A DNA stretch of 64,000 nt from Bacilli bacterium (GTDB taxonomy: Bacteria > Bacillota_I > Bacilli_A > RF39 > UBA660), in assembly GCA_017544165.1 (NCBI GenBank), contig JAFYER010000001.1, positions 18,946 to 82,945 of the forward strand. The letters are read 5' to 3'. The position numbers and the translations under genes are program-made. Positions 8,422 through 18,034 of this stretch are shown here, piece after piece (the first letter of the stretch is position 1; each line of letters opens with the position of its first letter). Below the pieces are notes generated by a model, which was not told the DNA's origin, did not search any database, and saw nothing but the letters and a program-made list of their open reading frames with translations.

Positions 8422-10230
8422 ATGAAAAAGAATAACATTGTATTATCTGTAATAGCCATTATAATGCTTTTAAGTATGTTTGCAATTGCATCATATGCTT
8501 TTTTTGATATAGGTAATTTAAATATAACCAATGTAACAAATTTTACTGCTACATCTGAACGAAATAACATGGTGTTTGATTCTCTTGGTGGAATAATGGA
8601 ATTAAATGTTACGGCCATCAATATGTCAAATAGTTTAAGTGGCAGTGTAGCGGCAGAAAATACAGCAATATTAACAGTTAACTTTCAAGCAAATACTACA
8701 GAAAGTATGGTATGTTCCTACGATATCATGTATGAATGGACGTCGACTGATAAATATCAAGTTCATTCAAATGGTGTAACTGAAAATGAATATACTATTC
8801 AAGCAAGTTTAGCAGCTAATGAACATGTAAGTGAGGGAGTAAACCATATAGCAAACGATTTAGATTTATCAGTAGCAGTAGGAAGTAATAATAGTGCAAT
8901 AGTTGTAAGTGGGGCGCAAATAGATAGTACGGGAACCTCGACGAGCACAGCAGTATGGACCATGACAAGTAAATTTTTTAATGTCGATGCTGATCAAGAC
9001 AATTTAGCTGGTAAAAATTATGCTGGAAGATTTAAAGTAGCAAATGTTTCTTGCGTATCAGGAACAAGACAATTAACTTTGGTGGAGTATATCTCCAATG
9101 AAGCACCAAGAAGTGGGACAGATGCAGTATCAAATAGTCCATGGATATTAACGGAAGATCATACAGGTGAATGGCGTTATGCTGGTAAAAACCCCGATAA
9201 TTATGTTCAGTTTAATGGAGAGCTTTGGCGAATAATTGGTGTCATGCCTAACATGACTTATTGTACCGGAACATATGGAACAGAAACCGAATGTAATACA
9301 ACCAAAACTGGAAATTTAATAAAAATAATAAGAAACCAAACTATCAGCAGTAGCACCCTAAGTTGGGATTATAAACAAACTGGCGTAGGCTCGTCCATAT
9401 CAGAATATGGTTCAAACGACTGGAGTGATAGCCAGTTAATGCTTATGTTAAATGGAACAAACTATTTAAAAACAGGATATGATGTAAATGGCAATAAATT
9501 ACATCAAAGTTATACTATAACAAGTAATGTAGTAAAAGGAAATGGATATAACTATTATAATGCAACATATAGCTATCTAGATGGAAATGGAACAACCGTA
9601 AATATTCCAAGTCAGGCTTCAACAAGCGCATATACAGCAACAAGTGGAAGTGTTTATAAGAAAATAGAAAGCACAGCCCTTGCTCAAATAGCAACAGTAA
9701 AATGGGATTTATATGGAACGAATAGTTATAATAATACCTCTATACCAAGTCTTGGAAGTCCAATCGACTTTTATAATAAAGAAAGAAATATAAATGATCT
9801 TGGAGCAGTATATATAGGAACAACACCAGAAAATAGACCAGTGTATTGGTATGGAAAGATAGGCCTAATGTATCCAAGTGATTATGGTTACGCCACAAAT
9901 GGTGGAAGTACATATAATAGAGATGCTTGTTTAGATTATAGAATGGTCGGCTGGCATAGTGGTGATTATAAAACGGATTGTGCAACAAATAGTTATCTCT
10001 GGTATAATAACATAACGTCTTCTGCTCCAAGGACAAGTGGAACAAATCAATGGACAATGTCTCCGTACTCTGGTCACGCGTACATTGTGTTCTATGTCAG
10101 TAGCAGCGGCGTCGTGCTCATCGTTAGCGCCTACACTACCTATGCGGTCCGCCCCGTCTTGTATCTGAAAGCTGAATTAGGGTTTGGCGGTGGAAATGGA
10201 ACATACAATTCACCATATTTACTAAGTTAG
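8422..10230 (+). CDS. surface protein, paralogue 1 of a 3-member family (N-terminal anchor/signal, C-terminal lectin-like module with VR-like segment)
   Basis: 602 aa with a hydrophobic N-terminus ending ..ASYAFFDIGN (TasA/SipW-type-like). Long blocks are near-identical to 18035..19837 and 49807..52056 (SPWILT.DH.GEWRYAGKNPDNY..FNGELWRIIGVMP; WSDSQLMLMLNG.NYLKTGYDV; VYWYGKIGLMYPSD.GYA). The C-terminal pattern QWT.SP.SG.A..VF.V...G.V....(V/A)RP.LYLKA resembles DUF1566/C-type-lectin-fold ends. Confidence 0.75.
   Translation: MKKNNIVLSVIAIIMLLSMFAIASYAFFDIGNLNITNVTNFTATSERNNMVFDSLGGIMELNVTAINMSNSLSGSVAAENTAILTVNFQANTTESMVCSYDIMYEWTSTDKYQVHSNGVTENEYTIQASLAANEHVSEGVNHIANDLDLSVAVGSNNSAIVVSGAQIDSTGTSTSTAVWTMTSKFFNVDADQDNLAGKNYAGRFKVANVSCVSGTRQLTLVEYISNEAPRSGTDAVSNSPWILTEDHTGEWRYAGKNPDNYVQFNGELWRIIGVMPNMTYCTGTYGTETECNTTKTGNLIKIIRNQTISSSTLSWDYKQTGVGSSISEYGSNDWSDSQLMLMLNGTNYLKTGYDVNGNKLHQSYTITSNVVKGNGYNYYNATYSYLDGNGTTVNIPSQASTSAYTATSGSVYKKIESTALAQIATVKWDLYGTNSYNNTSIPSLGSPIDFYNKERNINDLGAVYIGTTPENRPVYWYGKIGLMYPSDYGYATNGGSTYNRDACLDYRMVGWHSGDYKTDCATNSYLWYNNITSSAPRTSGTNQWTMSPYSGHAYIVFYVSSSGVVLIVSAYTTYAVRPVLYLKAELGFGGGNGTYNSPYLLS
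10061..10160 (+). other. GC-rich, A-poor, NNY-codon hypervariable (VR-like) segment inside paralogue 1
   Basis: By hand count, 57 G+C and 14 A in these 100 nt. Codons 10072-10143 are 21/24 NNY. Confidence 0.7.
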
Positions 10231-10249
10231 AGGCAGTCCGAAGGACAAC

Positions 10250-10278
10250 GTCCCTGCCGGCTCTTAATCCGGCAGGAC
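10250..10278 (+). other. GC-rich stem-loop 20 nt after the stop codon of paralogue 1
   Basis: CCTGCCGG (10253-10260) pairs with CCGGCAGG (10269-10276) across an 8-nt loop. No T-tract follows. Confidence 0.7.
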
Positions 10279-10286
10279 ATATATAT

Positions 10287-10475
10287 GGAGTAATCTTTAC
10301 AAAAAACGAAAGTTCAGGCAACGCCAACAATGTGTTCCGTGTGGTTGGAGATGGTTGTGTGAACAGCAACCCCGCTAACTACGCCAATGGGGCGCGCCCA
10401 ACATTATATCTAAATGCTAATACATTATTTAATGGTGGGACGGGCAAGTGGAATGATTCATATACAATTAAATAA
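10287..10475 (+). pseudogene. promoterless, start-less duplicate of the paralogue C-terminal module (AAY-rich cassette; TR-like or gene remnant)
   Basis: This frame (+2 relative to paralogue 1) is open over 10176-10475 and has no ATG. It encodes GVIFTKNESSGNANNVFRVVGDGCVNSNPANYANGARPTLYLNANTLFNGGTGKWNDSYTIK*. 7 of the 24 codons in 10317-10388 are AAC/AAT. G+C is 57% over 10321-10400. Confidence 0.6.
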
Positions 10476-10532
10476 GTAATGTTTTTATACATTGCTTTTT
10501 ATATGTGATATAATTAATTAAAGAGGTAGCTT

Positions 10533-13370
10533 ATGACACCAATAAAGATAATTACAGAATATACATTATTAAAAAGCTTAATTAAAATACCTGAATTAAT
10601 ATCCTTTTTACGTGAAAAAAATATTTCTGTATGTGGAATATGTGATGAAGAACTTTTTGGTGTTATGGAGTTTTATGAAGCTTGTAAGAATAATAATATT
10701 AAACCCATTATTGGTTTATCTATAAATATTGAGGGTCATAATATCTATTTATATCCTAAAAATTATGATGGATATCAAAAATTACTTAAGATTAATACTA
10801 ATAAGTTTAGTAATGAAAATACTTTTGAAAATATCGAAGATAATAATCTTTTTATTGTAATTGATTATAAATCAAAAGATATTTATGAAAAATTTTCTTT
10901 AAAGAAAAATGTTTATATTTCTTATCAAAATAAAGATGAAAAATTAAATGCTTTACTTATAACTAATAATGTTTTATATATAAAAGAAATTAGATGCTTT
11001 AATAAAGAAGATGTTAAGTATTTAGATTATTTAAAAATAATTGGTAGTGATTTTTCTTATTCAAAAGATTGTTATTTTTATAGTAATTGTGATGAAGATG
11101 ATGAAAAAAGATTAAATGATTTTGTAAAACAAATAAATATTGAAATGCCTTTTGATCATAGGTATATTCCTGTATTTAAAAAAGGTATTAATTCTTTGGA
11201 ATATTTAGAGAAATTAGCTACAGCGGGTTTAAATAAAAGGCTTGATGGAAAAGTTTTTAAAAAATATAGTGATCGTTTAAAAGAAGAACTTAATGTTATA
11301 AATGAAATGGGTTTTGTTGATTATTTCTTAATAGTATATGATTACGTTTTATATGCCAAGAAAAATCATGTTTTAATAGGCCCAGGAAGAGGTTCAGCGG
11401 CGGGAAGTTTAGTTAGTTTCGCAATTGGTATTACCGATATTGACCCAATTAAGTATGATTTGTTATTTGCTAGATTCCTAAATCCATATCGAAAGAAAAT
11501 GCCTGATATTGATATCGATTTCGAGGATACTAAAAGAGATATGATAATAGATTATGTAAGAGAAAAATATGGAAGTGATAAAGTTGCTACGGGTCTTACC
11601 TTTAATACTTTAAAAGCAAAACTTGTCTTAAGAGATTTAGCGCGTGGCTTAAAAGTAGATAGTAATCTATTTGAAAAATTTATAAAGTTTATTGATCGAA
11701 ATAAGTCTTTAGAGGAAAATAAAGAAGATAAACTTGTCTTAAAATATTTAGAAATGTATCCTGAACTTAACAAAACATATGATATAGCTATGCATTTAGA
11801 AAATCTTAAGAAAAATGTTTCTACCCATGCTGCTGGTATTGTTATTTCATCAGTTAATCTGGATGAAGTAATACCTGTTTATAAAAATGGTGATGCTATT
11901 CAAACAGGGATTGCCATGGATTATTTAGAAAAATTAGGCTTACTTAAGATGGATTTTCTAGCTCTTAGAAATTTGACAATTATTGATAGCATCCTTAAAA
12001 AAATAAAAGGATTTAATATAAATGAAATAGATTTAAATGATCCAAACGTATATGAAATATTTAAAAATGCTGATACTGATGATATTTTTCAATTCGAATC
12101 GAGATATGCTAAAAATAATTTATTAAAATTACAAGTTTCTAATTTCGAAGAATTATGTATTATGATGGCTTTTTTAAGACCTGGACCTAGTAATCAAATT
12201 GATGAATATGTCAAAAATAAAAATAGTAATGATTATTATATTCATCCTGATTTAAAGAAAACACTTCAAAGTACGTATGGAGTAATCATTTTTCAAGAAC
12301 AAGTCATGAAAATACTTGAAATTGTTGGGGGATACTCTTTATATGAAGCGGATAATATTCGAACAGCGATGAGTAAGAAAAAAGAAGATATTATCGAAAA
12401 AGAAAGAGAAAAGTTTATTTCTAATGCTCTAGAAAAAGGATATGAAAAAGATTTTGTAATAGATATCTTTGAAAAAATCAAAAGATTTGCGGAGTATGGT
12501 TTTAATAAAGCTCACTCAGTATCTTATGCTTATATTTCTTATGAACTAGCATATTTTAAGACATACTATCCAAATGAGTTTTATATATCACTTTTAGATT
12601 TTGCTAAAGATAATAATGATCGAGTAAGACTATTTAATCTTTTGAAAAAAAATAAAGTAAAAATATTAAAACCTAATTTAAATGTATCTAGTTTTAATTA
12701 TCAATTTAAGAATAATTATTTATTACTTCCAGTAAGTATGGTTAGAACTATTCAAGGAAATGTTTTAAAGGATATTCTTGATAAAAAAGATTCTAGTTTT
12801 AGTGATATTTATGATTTTATGTTAAAATGTCATAATATTTTAAATGATAAAATTTATAATGATTTAGTTAGAAGTGGCCTTTTAGACATCTTTGGTTTTA
12901 ATCATCAAACATTAATTCAAAATAAAGATACATTATTTAATTATGCTATTTTAGAAGATCCTAATGCACAAAAACCACTTTTAAGGCAGTATCCTGAATA
13001 TCCTTTAGAAGAAATTAGAAAAGATGAACTTGATTCTTTTGGCTTTTATATTGGCAATCATCCAACTTCAGTTTATAAAAACGTTATTAAAGTAAAAGAT
13101 ACGCAAAAATATTTATTTAAAAATATTGATATGGCACTACTTGTCAAAAAAGTAACATGTATCAAAACTAAAAATAATGAGGAAATGACCTTTATACAAG
13201 CTGAGGATGAAACAGGTAGTATTGAAATAACTTTATTTCCCGAAGTTTGGAAAAAATGCCCAAGTATCAAAAATAATGATATAATACTTATTAATGGAAA
13301 ATCATCGAAAAGATATGATAAATATCAAATAATTGTTAATAAGGTAAAATTAGAAAGAAGTGAAGCATGA
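10533..13370 (+). CDS. dnaE: DNA polymerase III alpha subunit, DnaE type
   Basis: 945 aa with the characteristic polymerase core (GPGRGSAAGSLVSFAIGITDIDP; PDIDIDF; HAAGIVIS; FNKAHSVSYA). The N-terminal PHP ligands are degenerate. Confidence 0.9.
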   Translation: MTPIKIITEYTLLKSLIKIPELISFLREKNISVCGICDEELFGVMEFYEACKNNNIKPIIGLSINIEGHNIYLYPKNYDGYQKLLKINTNKFSNENTFENIEDNNLFIVIDYKSKDIYEKFSLKKNVYISYQNKDEKLNALLITNNVLYIKEIRCFNKEDVKYLDYLKIIGSDFSYSKDCYFYSNCDEDDEKRLNDFVKQINIEMPFDHRYIPVFKKGINSLEYLEKLATAGLNKRLDGKVFKKYSDRLKEELNVINEMGFVDYFLIVYDYVLYAKKNHVLIGPGRGSAAGSLVSFAIGITDIDPIKYDLLFARFLNPYRKKMPDIDIDFEDTKRDMIIDYVREKYGSDKVATGLTFNTLKAKLVLRDLARGLKVDSNLFEKFIKFIDRNKSLEENKEDKLVLKYLEMYPELNKTYDIAMHLENLKKNVSTHAAGIVISSVNLDEVIPVYKNGDAIQTGIAMDYLEKLGLLKMDFLALRNLTIIDSILKKIKGFNINEIDLNDPNVYEIFKNADTDDIFQFESRYAKNNLLKLQVSNFEELCIMMAFLRPGPSNQIDEYVKNKNSNDYYIHPDLKKTLQSTYGVIIFQEQVMKILEIVGGYSLYEADNIRTAMSKKKEDIIEKEREKFISNALEKGYEKDFVIDIFEKIKRFAEYGFNKAHSVSYAYISYELAYFKTYYPNEFYISLLDFAKDNNDRVRLFNLLKKNKVKILKPNLNVSSFNYQFKNNYLLLPVSMVRTIQGNVLKDILDKKDSSFSDIYDFMLKCHNILNDKIYNDLVRSGLLDIFGFNHQTLIQNKDTLFNYAILEDPNAQKPLLRQYPEYPLEEIRKDELDSFGFYIGNHPTSVYKNVIKVKDTQKYLFKNIDMALLVKKVTCIKTKNNEEMTFIQAEDETGSIEITLFPEVWKKCPSIKNNDIILINGKSSKRYDKYQIIVNKVKLERSEA

Positions 13371-16300
13371 TGTTAAATGACGAAGTAAAAAGATTTTTTG
13401 ATAGTATTAATTTTACAACTGATTCTTTTTTAGATACTAAAGTAGAAAAAGTTATTTATTTTTCTTCATTAGATGAATATGAAGTTGTTTTAACATCTAA
13501 TAAACTTATTTTAAAAGAAGATTTAGATAGTCTTTTTAAAGCTACCTTAAATAAGATAAAAGGTGAAAAGAATTGCCATGTCAAAATCAATTATGTTTTA
13601 GAGGATGATGAAGGTATTTTTGATTATGTCAAAAAAATATATACAGATTATTTTTCAAGGAAACCATCTTTAAAAAATTTACCTTTATCTATTGATAATA
13701 AAAATATCATTATTAGTATTACTTCCAAAATCGAGCAAAATCTTTTTGATGAAAAACTAAAAGAATTAAATAAATTATTAGAAAAATATGGTTTTGGTGA
13801 TTACAGTTTTTGTTATGCCTTAAATGAAGATGCTGCCAAAACCGTTAAGGAAGAAATTGCTAAAGAAAAAACAGTAGAAATCAAAAAAGAAGATTCGCCA
13901 ATTGTATTTGGCTCTCACAGGGATGGTGAAGTAACTAAGCTTTCTAATATCTATGGTGAAGTTGATAACATTATTATGGAATGTTATATTTTCGGTATAG
14001 ATAGTTCTGAAAGAAAAGGTAAAAAAGGCCCTGTCTTTATTAATAATATTGAAGTAAGTGATAAAACTGATAGTTATTTAATGAAAATTGTAAAGTTTGA
14101 TGCTGATGAAAATAAAACAATCATGAAAAGACTTAAAGAGGGCATGTGGATTAGAATATTCGGCAATATTGAAATGGATGATTTTTTACATTCATTTGTT
14201 ATTAATCCAAAAAGTATTGAAATAATTAAGAGTAAAGAAGAAAAAATAGTTGATAATGCCGAAGTTAAAAGAGTAGAGCTTCATGCCCACACAATGATGA
14301 GTCAAATGGATGGTTTAACTAAAATTGATCTAGGGGCTCATACTTGTGAACTAGTTTCTAGGTGTATTGATATGGGATATAGGGGTGTAGCTATAACTGA
14401 TCATAATGGGTGTCAAGCTTTCCCAATTGCATATCAAATAATTAAAGGTTATAACAGCAAAATCGAAGATCCTGCCAAACATTTTAAGGGTTTATATGGT
14501 ACGGAACTTACTTTAGTTGATGATACAGTTGCTATATCCGTAAGAGGTGATGATACCCCTTTAGAGGGAACAACTTATGTTATATTTGATACTGAGACAA
14601 CAGGGTTTAATGCTGCCGGTGGCGACCAAATGATTGAAATCGGAGCGGTCAAATTAAAAGATGGTGTAATCATTGATCGTTTTGATGAGTTTATTAATCC
14701 TGGGAGACATATTCCAGATAAAATTACAGCTTTAACGGAAATAACTGATGATATGGTTAAGGATGCTGGTGATGAAAAAGAAGTAACTGAAAGGTTTTTA
14801 AAATGGGCTGGGGATGGTCCAATGGTTGCTCATAATGCTAAGTTTGATATATCCTTTATTGAAAGTGCAATGCACAAATATGATTTAGGCCCATTTAAGA
14901 ATACTGTCATCGATACACTTGAGTTTTCAAGAGCTTTAGAGCCAGGTTATTCAAGACACAGTCTGTCTGCTCTTGTCAAAAGATATAATGTCCCTTTTGA
15001 TGAAGAAAGTCACCATAGAGCTGACTATGATGCCGAAGGAACAGGACTTGTATTTGCCAAAATGCTTAAAAACGTTATAGGTCAAAACTATAAAACAATC
15101 AAAGATTTAGATAAATTAGTTTCTAAAGATGAAATTCATAAATTTGGTCGTACATATCATTTTAATGCTATTGCCATAAATAGGGAAGGCCTAAAAAATC
15201 TATTTAAAATAATTTCCCTTGCAAATACAACTTATCTATATAAGACACCAAGAATTCTTCGCAGTAAATTAAATGAATTAAGGGAAGGTCTTTTGATTGG
15301 TAGTGGTTGTTATGAATCAGAAGTTTTTACCGAGGCTAAAAGTAAAGATGATGACGATGTATTAAATATCATTAGTTTTTATGATTATGTTGAAGTCCAA
15401 CCTCCAGAAGTATATGATCATTTAATTCAAACAAGTGATTTTGCTAATGTCTATGATATTCAAAAACACATTGAAAGAATTGTTAATCTTACTAAATCTA
15501 AGGGTAAGATTATCGTAGCTACAGGTGATGTACATCACTTTACTAGAGAGGATAAAATTTATCGGGAAATAATTGTCAATCAAAAAGTTCCAGGTGGAGG
15601 CAGACATCCTCTTGCGAAAAACGAAATTAAAAATATTCCATCTCAGCATTTTCGAACGACGGAAGAGATGCTTAATGATTTTGCGTTTCTTGATAAAGAT
15701 TTAGCGTACGAGATAGTTGTAACTAATACAAATAAAATCTTAGATATGGTCGAAGAAATCGAGGTTATTATCGATACGCATGGTGTACCATTTTCGCCAA
15801 GAGTTAGAAGCGATGATGGTAAAAGCTATCTAGATTGTCCCGCCGTTGTTACTGATTTAGTTTTTACAAAGGCTGAGCAGCTTTATGGAAATCCACTTCC
15901 TCATAATATCGAAGAAAGAATTTCTAAAGAGCTTTATGGAGATGCTGTCTATAATTATTGGTATGAAAAACTCAAAAAAGAAAACCCCGACTTTGATGAG
16001 GAAAAACTATTAAATGAAACATTTTTAAATTTACATGAAACACTTCGAAGTGGTTTTGATAAAGTAAAAGAACTTATAGCTATCTATGTCAAAGAACACT
16101 GGACTGAGGATGATGGAGAAATTACTGATGATGCCGTAACTAAAAAAGTCAAAAAGACTTTAGGTGGTATCATTGGTGGAGGCTTTGACCCAATTTATCT
16201 AATTGCCCAAAGGCTTGTTAAACATTCAAATGATGATGGTTATTTAGTAGGATCTCGTGGTTCAGTAGGCTCATCGTTTGTAGCAACCCTTATGGGTATA

Positions 16301-17953
16301 ACCGAAGTAAATCCACTTCCAGCCCATTATCGCTGTCCAATATGTAAGCTAAGTTTATTTACGGATGATGATGGCAATGAATTTGGTGGAGACTATCCAA
16401 GTGGTTTTGATTTACCCGATAAAATGTGTCCAAATTGTAATAAAAAGCTATTAAAAGATGGTCAAGATATGCCATTTGCAACATTCTTAGGATTTAATGC
16501 TGACAAAGTTCCTGATATCGATCTAAATTTTTCCGATTTAAATCAAGCAGCTGCTCATGAATATACTAAAGTATTATTTGGGGTGGATAATGTATATCGA
16601 GCTGGAACTATTGGTACAGTGGCTGATAAGACTGCTTTTGGTTTTGTCAGGGGTTATTTCGAAGATAGAGGAATTTTAAATAAACAAAGTGCCGAAATAA
16701 AAAGACTAGCTATTGGTTGTACTGGCGTTAAAAGAACAACTGGGCAGCATCCAGGTGGAATTGTTGTTGTTCCTGATTATATGGATGTATCTGATGTTAC
16801 ACCATTTCAGTTTCCTGCCGAAGATCCAACATCTGCTTGGCGAACAACCCACTTTGATTATCACTCAATCGAGGAAAATTTACTTAAACTAGATATTTTA
16901 GGACACTCTGATCCAACGCAACTTCGTTTAATTCAAGATTTAAGTAAGACTAATGTCTTAGACGTCCCAATGGATGATAAAGAAACAATGAGTATTTTTA
17001 CTTCGACTGATATTTTAGGCGTTACAACTGAGCAAATAATGTGTCCGACCGGAACTCTTGGTATTCCTGAATTTGGAACACCATTTACAATAGGAATGGT
17101 TAACGACACTAAACCGACAACCTTTGCGGAACTAGTTAAAATATCTGGTCTTTCACATGGAACAGATGTATGGCTAGGTAATGCGCAAGAACTAATTAAG
17201 AATAATATAGTTCCTTTTAAAGAGGTTATTGGTTGTCGTGATGATATTATGGTTTATCTAATTTATCATGGTGTAAAACCAATTAAAGCATTTAAAATAA
17301 TGGAGTTTGTGCGTAAAGGAAAAGCATCAAAAGACCCAGAAGGTTGGAAAGAGCATCGCCAAACAATGGAAGATGCTGGCATTGAAAGTTGGTATATCGA
17401 TTCTTGTGAAAAAATCAAATATATGTTCCCGAAAGCCCATGCAACAGCTTATGTTATGAGTGCTTTTAGAATAGCTTGGTATAAAGTTCATATGCCTGCC
17501 TATTTTTATGCATCATGGTTTTCTACTAAAGCGACCGCTTTTGATATTGAAGCCATGATTAAAGGCTATGATGCCATTAAAGAAAAACTAGTGGAAATTA
17601 AAAACAAAGGATATGATGCTTCGAATAAAGAGGAAGGTGTATCTGAATGCTTAAATGTAGCTTTAGAGATGGCTGCTCGAAATATTAAAGTTCAACCATT
17701 TGATCTTTATGAAAGTAAGGGTCTAACATTTGGGGTTAAAGATGATAATACAATTATTCCTGCTTTTATTACTATAGATGGTTTAGGCGAAACAGTAGCA
17801 AAGAATATTGAAACTGAGGCTCAAAAGCATCCATTTATTAGCATCGAAGATTTTCAAAATCGTTGCAAAGTTTCACAAACTCTTGTTGATAAAATGCGTG
17901 AGTTAGGTATTTTTAGGGGTATGCCGGAAACAAGTCAATTAAGTCTATTTTAG
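13367..17953 (+). CDS. polC: DNA polymerase III PolC type (with 3'-5' exonuclease)
   Basis: 1528 aa. Exonuclease motif VIFDTETTGF, Zn-finger CPICK...CPNC, polymerase core PDIDLNF and KAHATAYV. The start overlaps the dnaE stop (ATGATG). Confidence 0.95.
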   Translation: MMLNDEVKRFFDSINFTTDSFLDTKVEKVIYFSSLDEYEVVLTSNKLILKEDLDSLFKATLNKIKGEKNCHVKINYVLEDDEGIFDYVKKIYTDYFSRKPSLKNLPLSIDNKNIIISITSKIEQNLFDEKLKELNKLLEKYGFGDYSFCYALNEDAAKTVKEEIAKEKTVEIKKEDSPIVFGSHRDGEVTKLSNIYGEVDNIIMECYIFGIDSSERKGKKGPVFINNIEVSDKTDSYLMKIVKFDADENKTIMKRLKEGMWIRIFGNIEMDDFLHSFVINPKSIEIIKSKEEKIVDNAEVKRVELHAHTMMSQMDGLTKIDLGAHTCELVSRCIDMGYRGVAITDHNGCQAFPIAYQIIKGYNSKIEDPAKHFKGLYGTELTLVDDTVAISVRGDDTPLEGTTYVIFDTETTGFNAAGGDQMIEIGAVKLKDGVIIDRFDEFINPGRHIPDKITALTEITDDMVKDAGDEKEVTERFLKWAGDGPMVAHNAKFDISFIESAMHKYDLGPFKNTVIDTLEFSRALEPGYSRHSLSALVKRYNVPFDEESHHRADYDAEGTGLVFAKMLKNVIGQNYKTIKDLDKLVSKDEIHKFGRTYHFNAIAINREGLKNLFKIISLANTTYLYKTPRILRSKLNELREGLLIGSGCYESEVFTEAKSKDDDDVLNIISFYDYVEVQPPEVYDHLIQTSDFANVYDIQKHIERIVNLTKSKGKIIVATGDVHHFTREDKIYREIIVNQKVPGGGRHPLAKNEIKNIPSQHFRTTEEMLNDFAFLDKDLAYEIVVTNTNKILDMVEEIEVIIDTHGVPFSPRVRSDDGKSYLDCPAVVTDLVFTKAEQLYGNPLPHNIEERISKELYGDAVYNYWYEKLKKENPDFDEEKLLNETFLNLHETLRSGFDKVKELIAIYVKEHWTEDDGEITDDAVTKKVKKTLGGIIGGGFDPIYLIAQRLVKHSNDDGYLVGSRGSVGSSFVATLMGITEVNPLPAHYRCPICKLSLFTDDDGNEFGGDYPSGFDLPDKMCPNCNKKLLKDGQDMPFATFLGFNADKVPDIDLNFSDLNQAAAHEYTKVLFGVDNVYRAGTIGTVADKTAFGFVRGYFEDRGILNKQSAEIKRLAIGCTGVKRTTGQHPGGIVVVPDYMDVSDVTPFQFPAEDPTSAWRTTHFDYHSIEENLLKLDILGHSDPTQLRLIQDLSKTNVLDVPMDDKETMSIFTSTDILGVTTEQIMCPTGTLGIPEFGTPFTIGMVNDTKPTTFAELVKISGLSHGTDVWLGNAQELIKNNIVPFKEVIGCRDDIMVYLIYHGVKPIKAFKIMEFVRKGKASKDPEGWKEHRQTMEDAGIESWYIDSCEKIKYMFPKAHATAYVMSAFRIAWYKVHMPAYFYASWFSTKATAFDIEAMIKGYDAIKEKLVEIKNKGYDASNKEEGVSECLNVALEMAARNIKVQPFDLYESKGLTFGVKDDNTIIPAFITIDGLGETVAKNIETEAQKHPFISIEDFQNRCKVSQTLVDKMRELGIFRGMPETSQLSLF

Positions 17954-17967
17954 ATAGACTTTTTTTA
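17941..17967 (+). terminator. rho-independent terminator after polC
   Basis: AAGTCTAT-TTTAG-ATAGACTT followed by TTTTTT. It overlaps the stop codon. Confidence 0.7.
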
Positions 17968-18034
17968 ATTTGGTATTTGTATTATATAAAAATAATGATA
18001 TAATGTTATTGTGTAATAAGATAGGGTGTATCAA

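Noticed and set aside
8480-8720. A dense run of N-x-S/T sequons in the N-terminal parts of the paralogues as evidence of glycosylation
   Set aside because: Asn, Ser and Thr are generally over-represented in this AT-rich proteome. Without a statistical test or a nearby glycosyltransferase, this cannot be distinguished from compositional bias.
10317-10388. The AAY-rich cassette as the active, cognate DGR template repeat for the adjacent VR-like segment (10072-10143)
   Set aside because: In my hand alignment, 38 of 84 positions mismatch, and most of the mismatches (about 25) are at template C/G/T rather than A. Homology also continues past the VR to a stop codon, and no reverse transcriptase ORF is in the window. 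I keep it as a TR-like relic or silent cassette, not as a working TR-VR pair.
13367-13370. Mollicutes-type genetic code 4 (TGA = Trp), given the AT-richness and the mycoplasma-like ATPase cluster
   Set aside because: TGA functions as a stop codon here; for example, dnaE ends at TGA 13368-13370. All long ORFs are intact under the standard code. The peptidoglycan synthesis genes also argue against a wall-less Mollicute.
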